Below, one piece after another: positions 23,945-36,571 of a stretch of 64,000 nt of DNA. Location of the stretch: assembly GCA_013265495.1 (NCBI GenBank), contig MU058463.1:1449523-1513522 (forward strand), written 5' to 3'. The notes under the pieces were generated by a model. The model was not told where the DNA came from. It searched no databases and saw only the letters and a program-made list of their open reading frames with translations. The position numbers and the translations under genes were made by a program. Position 1 is the stretch's first letter; each line of letters opens with the position of its first letter. The DNA is from Vicugna vicugna (lineage: Eukaryota).

Positions 23945-25757
23945 GTGGAAAGATGAAGTAGACACATGTTTCCCTATTTCTCCCTCTAACACATAAAATA
24001 AAGAACCTGGCATCGTTATGTAAAGCAAACATAAGAAGACTCTCAGAAATGGAGAGAAAAAGTCAGATCAGCTAAGGGAACTTGGGACCCAAGGAATGAC
24101 ATAATGATGAGCTTCCTGAGTTTCCTTTTTGCCTCATATATTGCAGACTTGGAGCTGAAGAAACTAGCAACTCAGAAAAGTCAACAGTCACAACCAAAAA
24201 AAAAGAAAAGTGTTCTCTCTAATCAAAATAAGGAGGATGGACAGCCTAGCAGGATACTTTTAGACAATAACTGCTCTACTCAAGGCAAACACCACAGGAC
24301 AAATGAAGGCCTCGTCCCCTTCTGCATCAGCAAGGGCAGAGTGAAGGGCCTAGGTATCCACCCCACTTGGCAGCAGTGAGGTGCCCCTCCTTCCATTTGC
24401 TGGGGTGGTGTCAGAAGACGCCTAATGGAGAGTTAGGACTTTGCACCAGCTCCCAGAGATAACGGGACCATCCCCTCCATGGTATCAGTGGAGCCCCAGT
24501 GAGGCACTCCTACCCCTTTCAGCCAGGGAGGTGGGAGTGGAGGCCTCATGGGGAGCCAGGCTTCCGCCTCTGCCCAGCAGTAATGAGGAACCCTCTACTC
24601 AGGTGTCATTAAGCTGAGTGAGGGACCTAGATTTTTATGCTCACTGCACTGATTCCACACACTCCCACCCCACCCTCTGTCCCTGCTAGAATAATATCAG
24701 AAAAAAACAGTCAACTAAAAACAGAAGCTAAATAAGATGCAGAATTTCATAATATAATGTCAGAAATTTCCAAGTTTCAGTCGAAAGTCACTTGCTACCA
24801 AGAACCAGGAAAATCTCAAGGGAAAAACAACAATCAATGGAGGAAAAATACTGAGAAGATAAGAGATGTTAGAATTAACTGAGAAAGACTTTAAAGCAAC
24901 CATTATAAAAATCACTTTAACAAGCAACTATAAGGATATTTAAACCAACTGAAAAAGTATAAAAACTCAGCAAAGAAATGGAAGATATAAAAAAGACTAA
25001 ATGAAACTTTTAGAACAAAAAAATATAATGACTGAAATAATAAAACTCAATGGATGGGCTCAACAACCAAATGAAAGGGGGAATTGAAAGAATCAGTGAG
25101 CTTCAATGTAGAAAATAGAAATTAGCAAATCTGGACAACAGAGACAATACACTGAAAAAAAAAAGAGAAAAGAAAGAAAGGAAGAAAAGAAAAGAGCCAC
25201 ATGGGCCTGTGGGAATATAACAAAGGGTCTAGTACTTGTGCCATCAAGAGCCCTGAAGGAGAGGATGAAGAGGGAGGGGCTGAAGAAGTATGCAAATAAT
25301 ATGGCAGAAAGAATTCTGAATCTGGCAAAAGAAATAAACCTATATATTCAAGAAGCTGAATGAACTACAAACAGAATAAACCCAAAGAAACACACCAAGA
25401 CACAACATACTCAAACTTCTGAAAATAAAGACAAAAAACATCTTAAAAGCAGTGAAAAACCCACCTGTTATCTCGATGTCAAGAACAATTTGAATTACAG
25501 TGGATTTAAATTTGAGTTTGTGTTAATGGACTTTATTTCTTCTTTCTATTTCTCTGTACCTTTTTTCATTTTCTTTAAAACATGCATTTGAATTCTGTAG
25601 AGGAAAAATAATTTAAATAGTCCTAATTAGTTTTTATTCTAATTTTTCAAGAGCTGAAAGAAGTGAACAGTCAACCCAGAATTCTATCTCCAGTGAAATA
25701 TTTTGCAGGACTTCAGGGAAAGTCAAGATACTCTCAAATAAAGAAAAACTAAGAGAG
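23945..25757 (+). mobile_element. Ancient L1M 5'UTR + ORF1 remnant, interrupted at 25508-25647
   Basis: L1M 5'-end motifs (aacataagaagactct, gggacccaaggaatgac, ttttagacaataactgctctact) are followed by ORF1-like A-rich sequence (attcaagaagctgaatgaac, gtcaacccagaattctat). Confidence 0.8.
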
Positions 25758-26651
25758 TAAGATCTATCAGACTTACTCTGCACATCCGATCCTAATAATA
25801 CGACCAGATGTTTTCTCCAGCATCTTGACCCAAAAGAGTCTACCTAAACAGGAAAAAGAGTTGTTCACCCTTCTTGATGAGAAGGCACACAAACTTTAAA
25901 TGTTTTATAGATCACTGGAGAATTGTTTGTATATACTATTTATGCTGGAATTAACAATAATGTTTTCTAAGGTTGATTTTGTCACTCTCAGTCCCTTCAG
26001 CAGACTCATGAAGTATAATGTTCCTAACCCTTCCTGATACTGCTACAGATGGCTAACCAGATCAGATGAATCCCCTGAACTAACAAAGTTTACAATCTGA
26101 GTCCCAGAGTAGACAAAAGCAGTCAAACCTCACACAGCGCCCCCTCAGCATGCCAGGAGGAAACACCTGTTCTACAGATTTAAAAATCAGAATGAAAAAA
26201 ATAATTAACTCTATTCAAATTTGGGTTTGTAGTAATGGACTTTATTTCTTCTTTCTGTTTTTCTATTTTTTTTTCATTTTCTTTAAAACAAGCATTTGAG
26301 TTCAGTAAAGAGACAAATTTAAATGGAAACATTGTCAAATTTGATAAGTATGATTATGCCACCCATCCTCAGACTCAGATCCTTGTGTAGATGATACGTG
26401 ATGTGTAAGTAAGCATCTGGCAACGCACAGTGTGAGTTTGGGAAATCTGCCTCCACGGCAGTAATCTACTTAGGATGACTCTTCTTCACGGAGAATAAAC
26501 TCTTTATTCTTTCATTTTTTTCTTTTAAATCCTCTTCCATCTGTTATTTGTCTGCCCTTCTCATGCTATTTTCCTTGATAATTCTGTGTGCTTTATCTGA
26601 CTTTCTTACAATATAATCCTAATATTTTATCTATTGTCTCTCCCAAATAGG

Positions 26652-26840
26652 TATGTGTGAATGTGTGGGGATGTCTGTGTGTGTTTGTGATTGTGTATGT
26701 GTATATATATTTGTATGTACATATGTGTACTTGTGTGGATACATCTAAGTGTATGCCATGTATGTGTGTATGTCTATGTGGGTGTGGTGAGGTGTGTGTA
26801 TGGATTGTATATGTGTTTGTGTGTTTATGTGTGTATATTT
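26652..26840. repeat. Degenerate (TG/TATG)n simple repeat
   Basis: Read directly from the sequence. Confidence 0.85.
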
Positions 26841-27249
26841 GTTTTTATTCATCTATCCATCTATCTACCTCTAAATCTATATTTCTTCTTATCTAACTAT
26901 CTAGTTGCCTCCCTCATATCTCTCTATAGTCCAACGCAAGAATTACTTCACACCTTTGAAAATATTGTTTCACTTAACAAATTCAGATGACCATCTAATC
27001 AAAAATATATGCCCAACACTGAAAATACACGAGGGATGACACCAGTTACTGTAATTACCAACTTTATGTCTGCACAGCTTCTGCCCTTCAAAAACTCTCC
27101 AGCTCTTAAAAAATGTTTTTAGAAAATTGAGATTATGGATATGCAAACAAAAATTGTGGAATCATACTTAAAATTTCTCAACTTTTTATTAAATAAAGGT
27201 TTAAATCCTTTAGTCCTTACATGTCAAATGCTAATAATATGACTCAGGT

Positions 27250-27850
27250 GTTCTTTCCAGTGTCCACTGCCCTCCCCTCATGACTTCTGACATCTAACTT
27301 TGTTCCAGTAGACCTGAGTAATTCATTATTTCATAAATATTCATTCCTCCTCAATTTGCCTCAAAACATTGACCACATTATTCCTTTTTGGCCTATCCCT
27401 TCTCTCTCTTCCAATTTCAATGCGTTTAATCTGAACCACTTTTCCAAGCCAGCACAGACTCCACATTGTACCCCAGACCTCCTTAACAACCTTCCTTCAG
27501 CTTGATTGTCACCAGCGTGCCTTTCACTGTGTCAAGCACTAGGGATACAGCCATCCACAAAAGGGACTCTGTTCCCACCCATGGGGAGTTTAGGACCCAG
27601 CAGTAAAGGAGGACGTTCAACAAATTATTTAAAATAAATACTGACAAAGAGTGCGTAACTGCTGTGAAAGCAGATACAGAATGCTATAGAAGCTTGTGGT
27701 AAACACATCACTGTTATGTATGTAGTGAACCATTGCTAGATGGCAAACACTTTGAGAGGAGAGACTACGTATCTGTGACACTTCCAGGGTACCTGGTATA
27801 AATAGAAGGCCTTCAAATAATTTTTACTAGATGGATAAATAACTGAAAAT
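27250..27850. mobile_element. L2 fragments (degraded)
   Basis: tgtcaagcactagggatacag..ctgttcccacccatggggagtt; cactttgagaggagagact..cctggtataaatagaagg. Confidence 0.5.
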
Positions 27851-28915
27851 GTACTTTAAGTATTTACTCAATTCATAGTAATAAGAAACTGGAAAGACTG
27901 GTTATACAACTTGACTGCTTTTCATTCTATTTTAACAGGAAGCATATAATAAGGTTCTAATAGAACTCTACTGTATCTTCTTTGTTTCAATTATATGGTT
28001 GCTCATAGTAGACCTTACAAATGACACAGAAATCCAGCTGTAATTTTAGATGATAACCACAACTGTTGTTCTGTGACTCCGGGAATAAACGCCTTATTCT
28101 AAAACAACAAAGATTCTCAGTGAATGAAAAAGCTTGGCAAATGCACTAACAGCATTAAAATTATTCTGGGAGTAGAACAAATCCCGTTAATTAAACAAAC
28201 ATCACAACATCACCAATGCTTGGCTATCCATGAGACCAGAAGTCTCTCCGGATGCAATCTCAAACAACGGACCAGCCAAAGTGTGCTGCTTGAAGACATC
28301 ATTAGATTTCTGAAAATCTACTTCAATTTCAGCTTATTATATTGCATTTCAAATTTTGTCCTAATTTTAATACAGGAAAAAATCTAGTTCAAGCATTTTT
28401 TTTCTTAAAAATTTTATACAATCACTATCTGAATTTAATGATAGTGATTTATAACAGCTATTATCATTTGAGCTAGGCTCCAATAATAATGACAATCTAC
28501 TAGCAGATGGATAGAGCAATTTAATCACCAGACTAGTAATAATTCAATTTCCCAAATCCAATGTTTCAAAATATGGGTGTATTAATTGATAAATTAAGTG
28601 TGAAGTAAAGAGAACATGAAGCCTTAGAGAATAGTCAAGTTCAAGAGCTTAGTTATTATGTGGCTTCAAGCAAACATGTGCTTCTCTCAACTCCCTTCAA
28701 CCTCTTCTCAGATTATTTCCATGTATTTTATCAAACAGTTAAAACACTGGAGCTAAACCTCATCCAATAGATCCTATCACTTTCCCTCAAAGTCTTTTTT
28801 TTCAGTATGTTAAAGTTATTGATGAGAAAAGAATTTTGATAGGAACTGAAATAGGAAGGAACAGGGAGGTTTGATTTTATTCTTCCTAAGTAAGTTACTT
28901 GAGGAACTTGAAGCC

Positions 28916-29462
28916 AAGAGGTTTGTATTTTTTTCATTTTTTTTTTAAGATTTACAAGTTTATGCTTTTGAAAAAATGATAGAAAGAAGGCATCCAATAC
29001 AAAAAGTACAAAACATATAGGAAAATATCTCTACAAATCCTACCACTTATAAATTACTGTAATTATATTACTAAAGATAGCACTTTGGGCATATCTCTTC
29101 ATTAGTATGTGTAAATAGAAAGATGCATAAATAAAAGCATAAATGAATGAATAACAGATGTATGGATAAGTGGATAGGTGGACAGATGGAAGAGGTTTGT
29201 ATTTTTTTCATTTTTTTTTAAGATTTACAAGTTTATGCTTTTGAAAAAATGATAGAAAGAAGGCATCCAATACAAAAAGTACAAAACATATAGGAAAATA
29301 TCTCTACAAATCCTACCACTTATAAATTACTGTAATTATATTACTAAAGATAGCACTTTGGGCATATCTCTTCATTAGTATGTGTAAATAGAAAGATGCA
29401 TAAATAAAAGCATAAATGAATGAATAACAGATGTATGGATAAGTGGATAGGTGGACAGATGG
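28916..29462. repeat. Near-perfect head-to-tail tandem duplication, 274 + 273 bp
   Basis: Copies at 28916-29189 and 29190-29462. The only difference I saw is a T10 versus T9 run. Confidence 0.95.
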
Positions 29463-30229
29463 GTAGACATGGTATTATAAAACCTAGATTATATTATTTT
29501 ACCATTACAGTGAAAAATTAAATAAAAATTTAATTTTATTAATTTATTTTATTAAAATTTTTTGTATTTGAATTTACAGAAGACAACTTGAATTAAAAAC
29601 AAAGCAATTTTCAAACTTTAGATGAATGTTCTTTGGGAATGAGACATTCTCTTAAATATTATAAAGTTATTTTAACTATATTTTAAATTATACATTATTT
29701 CACATCCTGTACAAAATATTAGGATACTAGCACTCTTACTATTCCTTTACTTAATGAACTGTGTTAGTTATTTTCTTATTTTTATATCTTTCTAGACTGT
29801 AATTCCAATCAGAGTTTAGTGTTAATTCTCTTTTTTAATGGATTCAATGTTCACTATCTTCTTTACCATGACTTCTCTATTTCTGAGGGCTTTATTTGTA
29901 TGTATCCCTTTGAGGCTAGATTTTGCTTTTAGACAATATCAATGCCAGTATAACCTAGTTTACAATGCAGTTAAAAAAAATTGATCACCAATATGTTAAC
30001 ATCATAAAAGTTTATTCCTTGTATATCATTCATAGATCTAATCTGATGGAGGCTCCACATTAATACTTCCTTTCATAATCATTGTAGTTGAGGAACAAGA
30101 TGATAGTGAATAATTCAGAGGCTCCTAAAAGATATATGTCACTTTCACTCATATAGAAAGGGAAATCCAATCCTAACACATACACTAAAGAAGAAGAACT
30201 GGAATATAGTTGAGAGTAGCTCCAGTGAT

Positions 30230-30600
30230 TGCCACAGTCTAACCTTTTGGTCACCAATACTTGGAATACTCCCCTTCTTGCATTAAAATATACTCAGTGG
30301 AGACAGCACATAAATCCTATCCAGTCACATCATCAAATTTGAGGAACAGGATCTCTGGATGATATATGGTAGTCTTTCCATTAGGAAAGGATTCATGACT
30401 GTCCATATTTCATTCAAAAGTGGCTTCTCTTGAGTTGAAAGCTATGAACTAAAAAGACGTTATTTTGCCTACACATACCCAATAAAAAATGGAGAAATAG
30501 AAATAAGACAACCTAAAAAAAAACCTTACTGCAAAAAAGGAAAGATAAGGAATAAATAGCTTATCAAAGTATGTAAAATTCTGAAATATACTAGGTAGAC
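30230..30600 (-). mobile_element. MaLR (MLT1-type) internal fragment
   Basis: tatccagtcacatc..caggatctctggatgat..ctatgaactaaaaagac..ttattttgcctacacatacccaata. Similar sequence occurs at 55780-55990. Confidence 0.5.
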
Positions 30601-30799
30601 ATTTTGAAGTTCATCTACCCTGAAGAGGGAGAATGCTCCTCGAATAGACTAATTCTGCTCCCTGGAAATAGCTTCTTTGTCCATTGTTCTCTATACACCT
30701 TGGCTTATTCTTCTGTGAAGTTCTTCCTTTTCCACTGTATGTTAGATCTAAGAGGCTTCTCACCTGGAGTTGATCCTTACAAAACTGACCAATGCACAC

Positions 30800-32835
30800 A
30801 TCATGGGAGTCTCAGAAGAAGAAGAGAGAAAAAATGGCAAAAAGAATATTTGAAGAAATAATACCTAAAAACATTCCAAATTAAATAAAAGACATGACTC
30901 TACACATCCACAAATTCAGCAAACTCCAAGTAGGATAAATACAAAGAGACACACCAATACACACTATTATCAAACTGTGCAAAGACAAAGAGAGAATCTC
31001 AAAAGCAGCAGAAAGAGTGATTCACCACACACAGTGATCTTCAATAATATTAACAGCCAGTTTCTCATTGGAGACCATGGAGGCCAATGGAATGATCTAT
31101 TTAAAGGGCTGAAATTTTAAAAAATAAATAAAAACAAAACCAAAAAACTCTCAACTAAAAATTCTATACCTGGCAAACTTCTCTTTAAAAATGAAGAGAA
31201 AATAAAGTCATTTCCAGATAAACAAAGGGGTGGGAGTCTGGTACCAGTATATCTGCCCTGCAAGTAACTCTAAGGGCAGTCCTTAAAGTTGAAATGAAAT
31301 AATAGACAGTAACTCAAAGCCATATGAAAAAATTAAGTTCCTGAGTTAAAGTAACTACATGAACACATATAAAAGGCAGTGTTACTGTATTTTTCTTTGT
31401 AAATCCACTTTTTATTTCCTGAATAGTTTAAAAAACAAAAATGTAAAAGTAATCATACATCTATATCATTGGAGTAAACAATATATCAAAATATAATTAG
31501 TAACAACAACCAAGGTGAGCATAGAGCTGTATAGGAACAGAGTTTTGTGCACTGTTGAAGTTAGGTTGACAGCAATTATAACTCGATTGTCATAAATTTA
31601 GGATGTTTATTGTGAAGTCCAGGACAACTTCTAAGAAAATAACTTTAAATATACACACAAAAGGGAATGAGAAGGGAATCAAAACTGTTCACTAACAAGT
31701 AAATCACGTAAAGACAACAGAAGGCAGGAACAGAGAAAATAAGGAACAACCTAAAAATATGACATGCAGAAAACAAATAGCAAAATGGCAGAGGTAAGTC
31801 TTTCCTTAGTTGTAACTACTTTGTATATTAAAGTCTCAATTAATAGTCAGAGATTGAAAAAATGAATTTTTAAAATGATCCAACTGCCTACTATCTATAA
31901 GTCTCACCATAGACCCAATGACACAAATATATTGAGAATGAAAAATGGAAAATATATTTCAAGTGAATAGTAACTGAAAGAGAGCTAGGGTAACTATACT
32001 AACATTAGAGAAAATAGATTTTAAGTTAAAAAATCATTATAAGTAATCAAGAGAGACAAAAAAGGGTTAATCCATCAAGAAGATTGAACAGTTATAAACA
32101 TATGCAAATCAAAACCACAATGAGATACTACTTCACACCCAGTGGATAGCAATAATTTTTTTAAACTGACAAAAACAAAAGTTGGTGAAGATGTGCAGAA
32201 GCTGGAACCCTCATACACTAGTGATTGGATTCTAAAATTGTGTAGATGTTACAGTAAACAATTAAACAATTCTTAAAATGTTAAAAATAGAATTATACAA
32301 CCCAGAAATTCTACTCCTAGGCATATGAGGATAAGTTTTCAAGCAAAACTTTGTACACAAAAGTTCATAGCAGCAGGACTCATAATAGTCAAAAGGTGGA
32401 GATAATTCAAATGTCCATTCATTGATAAATGAATTAAATATTAGATAGATCCATACAATAGAATATTATTCAGCCATTAAAAGGAATGGAGTATTAATAT
32501 ATGCTGCAACATGGATGAACTTTGAAAACAGTGTGCTAAATGAAAAAAAAAAAGCCAGACACAAAGTGCAACATATTGTATGATTCCATATGAATCAAAT
32601 GCAAATTCGTCAAGATGGAGAGCAGGTTAGTGGTTTTCAGGGACTGGGAGGAAGAGGTGGATATGGATTGATTAACAAGTATGGGGGTTCTTTTTGAGGT
32701 GATGAAAATGTTCTAGAATTAGATCGTGGTGATGATTGCACAGTATATGCACTAAATGCTCAAAACTGTACACTTTAATATGGCCAAAAATGATGGATTC
32801 AATGTTATATGAATTTCACCCACAATTTAAAAAAT
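30800..32835 (+). mobile_element. Ancient L1M (ORF1, ORF2 start, ORF2 end + L1MB-like 3'UTR) lacking most of ORF2
   Basis: ORF1 motifs (aaagaatatttgaagaaataat, accatggaggcca), ORF2 end (gcaaatcaaaaccacaatgagatac) and 3'UTR (gatgaaaatgttctagaattagat). Confidence 0.85.
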
Positions 32836-32999
32836 GATAAATTGTTGCCTTTTTCACCCTCAACTTTTACAAAAGTCTTAGTAGACCTCTTTAAATTCTG
32901 GAGGCTACATGTACTAAGTTAGAGTGTGATTTTTGATCCAATTATCAAACTTCCAATCTTAAGATCCTTAGCAGCAGGTTCAGTTTTCAGTGACTTATG

Positions 33000-34670
33000 C
33001 CTTCACTCAGGTCTTTATGAGCAAGTGAAAATCTATAGTGTTCAAAGCCTTCTTCAACTCTTGGAATGCTTCTGTGCCTTACAGAGGGTCAATGGCTGAA
33101 AATGGTATACTAGATAATCATGAAAGTTAAAATGCCTATTACAAGCTAGATGTTATCTGATCTACATATCCGTAAATTTGGATGTGCACCACAACACTCC
33201 ATTATCAAGAAGAAGTATTATGCACAAGATTGGGCTCAAGAAGATCCTTAAAACACAGGCTTACTGCATGAGCAGGTGTAATAGGTTCACAAGACACTGG
33301 CTCCTGCTGCATTAACACCTTACCCATAGTCATCACCTATGGCCTCACAACTCATTCTCATGGCTGCATGATCATTTGCTGATATTAGCCAGAGATTGAC
33401 AGCTGCAGTACAGCAGTCCCTCGGTGGTGGCCTTGAAAGACAGTAGTAAGGAAACCACTCCTCCTGAGCAGAAATGGTGATATGTGACTGATTTCTCACT
33501 GCACTGAAATAAATGTTGTCTAGAGATGGATCTACATCAATTACATCAATTTTGGGGGAGTGGCTAACTATTGTTTCAGATATCCAAGGGCATGGAAGGA
33601 ATAAGTAGAAGATTAGTGCCATAGAAGTCCAGAGAATTATGTGCGGATAGAATCTTGGAATGGGCACAGTGTGAGGGTATTTGTGTCTCATGAAGTGTTC
33701 ACCAAAGGGCATCCACTCCAGAGGAGATTCTTATCAATCATATGGGAAAATGACCTTTGCTGTGAATGTCAATCTGCCTTGTTGCTTGGCAATCCCAATG
33801 CTTGCCCAGTGGCCTGATGTACAAGGTGACCCCAGAGGCAGAGATAGAGATGATGTATGGGTATGCAAATAATGATTTCCTCTTGAAAAGAAGCTCTGGC
33901 TACTACCAATGTTGACAGCCCAGCCTGACAAACAGCAGAAACCAGCACCAAGCTCCAATTTCCTGCAGGGCAGCACTCAGCCACTTAATGGCAGTTTTAT
34001 TTCATTGGACATCTTCCATCATGAACATGTCCTCGCTCAACAGACACTCAGGACATGTATTTGACTCTTATACTTGCAATGCTTCTGCTAATGCTATCAT
34101 CCATTTGCTGAATGCTTTTTCATGGTCTTAGTGGTTTCTGATATAGAATCTCATTTTTCACCAAAAGCTGTAAGACAATAAATTTCTGATATGGAATTTA
34201 TTCACCTACTAGCTGGCCTGAGAAAATGTTGAATGGTCTATTGAATACTTGAACATGGTGCAGTCTGAGTGGTAACATCTTCAGGGCTTGGTCCTTCAAC
34301 ACATGATATATTCTTTAAATCAGCACACAATATAGTATTATTCCTCCCATGATCAGAATTCACTGCTCCAAGGATGTCTATAGCCATAAACCCAAATGAC
34401 CCTTCATAGAGCGTTTTCGCTTCTCATTGAACTTTGTCTTCTGTTGGTAGGAAATATGCCAAGAAGAATATCTGTTATCAGGGGATATAATGGCCATTAC
34501 ATTAAACTGGGATTTGAGCCTTCACCTGGTCATTTTTGGCTTATCATGTCACTGAGACAACAGGAAAAAAAAAGTTACTGTATTGGTTAAGGCCTTAATC
34601 CTGATTATCTTGGAAAGTAGGGCTGTGGCCGGAAAATGGGGTCAAAAAGAAGTGTGTCACAAGACCTCAG
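33000..34670 (+). mobile_element. ERV-L internal remnant: pol RNaseH/integrase followed by dUTPase, heavily mutated
   Basis: Fragments translate like ERV-L Pol (LTAAVQQ, ALKDSS, FVSH..HQRAST, LAQWPDVQGDPRGRD ~ IAQWAHEQSGHGGRD, ttcattggacatcttccatcatg ~ YIGPLPSW). SPGHFWLIMSLRQQEKK resembles the dUTPase motif PPGHFGLLLPLSQQAKK. Confidence 0.85.
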
Positions 34671-34689
34671 AGATCCTGTTTTGTATTTG

Positions 34690-35030
34690 CTTTATTCGTT
34701 TTATTTTGCAAATTGTTAAATCCACACTGACTACTACAATAAACTTCCACATTCCTTCATCTCCATTTATCAAATGTTAATATTTCACTGCATGTCTTCA
34801 TTTCTCCACAAATGAGAGGTAGATGATATATGGATAGGTGATAAGTGATGATAGATATATGGATACTTTTCCCACTAAATCATCTGGAAGTTGCAGACAC
34901 CGTTGCCTCCTTAACACTAAATACTTCACCATGTATCTCCAAAGAACTATAACTTTGTTCTACACAAACCCAATGCCTTATCATCCTTAATATATCATCC
35001 ACATTCAGAACTTTCCAACTGTCTCCAAAA
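34690..35030 (-). mobile_element. L1MC4/5-like 3' end
   Basis: aagttgcagacacc..ctaaatacttcaccatgtatctcc..tccacattcag..tttccaactgtctccaaaat. Confidence 0.7.
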
Positions 35031-35704
35031 TAAAGCTGTATAATACTAAAGAATCTTAAGCTGTGAGTCAGCTATACCCCGCTTCTGAAAGAAAGCAGAA
35101 GAGGCTGGAAGTAGACCCCTGCAAGGTCACAAATTCATCCTTAAATTCCCAGTCCAGGACAAGATCTTAAAATGAAATTGTGGTCTTTTCTGCAATGCAA
35201 TGACATTATAGGTATTGCAGATACCAAGCCTCTGAGCTGAGGGAAAATAAGTTTCAGATCCTGCTGGTGATCCTGTCTTACTTCCTCTCATGTCCCCAGG
35301 CTCACCATTTCCTATAACCCATAAAAACAGAAAGCAACTAGAATTTTTTTCCAGTTTCTTTCACAGGTGGGAGGTGGGATCAGTGCCAATCAAACCTCCA
35401 TATTCATGCAGTGAACTTGGCTCAGATCCCCCAACCCACACAGAACACTTGTTTCATATGGTCCTGCAGGAGTAACTTCCTTATTACCACAGGATGCTGG
35501 TAGTACAGCATTGCCATGAATTCATCTTGCTCACATATATTTCTATTTCATTTATGACCATGGAGGCTTTTATGTTATGCTTGAGCCCATCTAAGAGTTT
35601 TTAGTTTCCTTTTCCATACTGTATGTATTATCATTATGGTTCTGACATAGAAAAGATAACATTGAAACATAAACTATTTGCAATATCTTCATTGGAAGTA
35701 ATTA

Positions 35705-35975
35705 CCAGAACCACTGTGAATGGTTACAAATGATTGTACAGTTTTTTAAAAGCAAAAGAGGAACTAGGTTAAGAGTAAGCAGAGGCAAAAATATGGCCTG
35801 ATGCTTCACAACAAGATGTGTGCCTTGGGAGGGGCTGCATGCGACCATAGGAAGAGGCACCTTTCACAAATTCACACTAAGGAATTATTTGCTTCCCGAG
35901 ATACATGTCTATAGATGTGTGCCTGTTGAGAGGGGAATATCTTCTCCCTAGTCCACATAAAAGCAGCCTACAGGC
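35705..35975. mobile_element. MER91-like hAT-Tip100 element
   Basis: cactgtgaatggttaca..; ggaagaggcacctttcacaaattcacactaagg, with a second degenerate copy of that motif. Confidence 0.45.
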
Positions 35976-36159
35976 TTACAGTATTCTTGATCTTTTATTC
36001 ATGTAAAAACCTTTCCTGAAGATTCTGGAAAGGGAGTACCAGAGTTTCTCAATCCCCACGTAAAATCTATAGAGAAACTAAATGGCAAAATCACAGTCTT
36101 TTGTTAAAGTAGTCAATTCAAAAAGAAGATGTACCACATATACATCTAACATGTATACA

Positions 36160-36560
36160 TCTAACAAGAGAACTTCATGTTACATGAAGCAAACAACTAT
36201 ATGGCTGGATGCACAACTGGAAACCTCAACACTCCTCTCAGTAATTCACAGAATACATAGACAACTAATTGAACTAATTGGCAGTAGATGACGCCACCCA
36301 ACTGCAAAGAAACATTCTTTTCAAGGGCAAATAAGACATTTACCAAGATGGGTCATAAGTGGGGCAAAGAAAAAAGGGAAAGATGTAACCAATTTTAAAG
36401 AATTGAAATCATATAAAGTATATCCTCAGATCATAATTTGGGGGGATAAGGAACAAATGTATTACCTCAAAAACTGTTCAATAAAAAAAGAGCATTTTCC
36501 TGCTTTTCTTACATGAATTGTATCACCAGGTAACATACAAATGAAAAGAAGCATATTTTT
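36160..36560 (+). mobile_element. Old L1M ORF2 fragment and start of an L1MC-type 3' region
   Basis: tcaacactcctctcagtaatt..acattcttttcaag..acatttaccaagat..aaagaattgaaatcata. Confidence 0.65.
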
Positions 36561-36571
36561 AAAATTATACC

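Noticed and set aside
26132..26152. CTCF-like cagcgccccctcagca
   Set aside because: Only one half of the motif matches.
26657..26990. Cys/Val-rich ORFs
   Set aside because: Translation of a TG-rich simple repeat.
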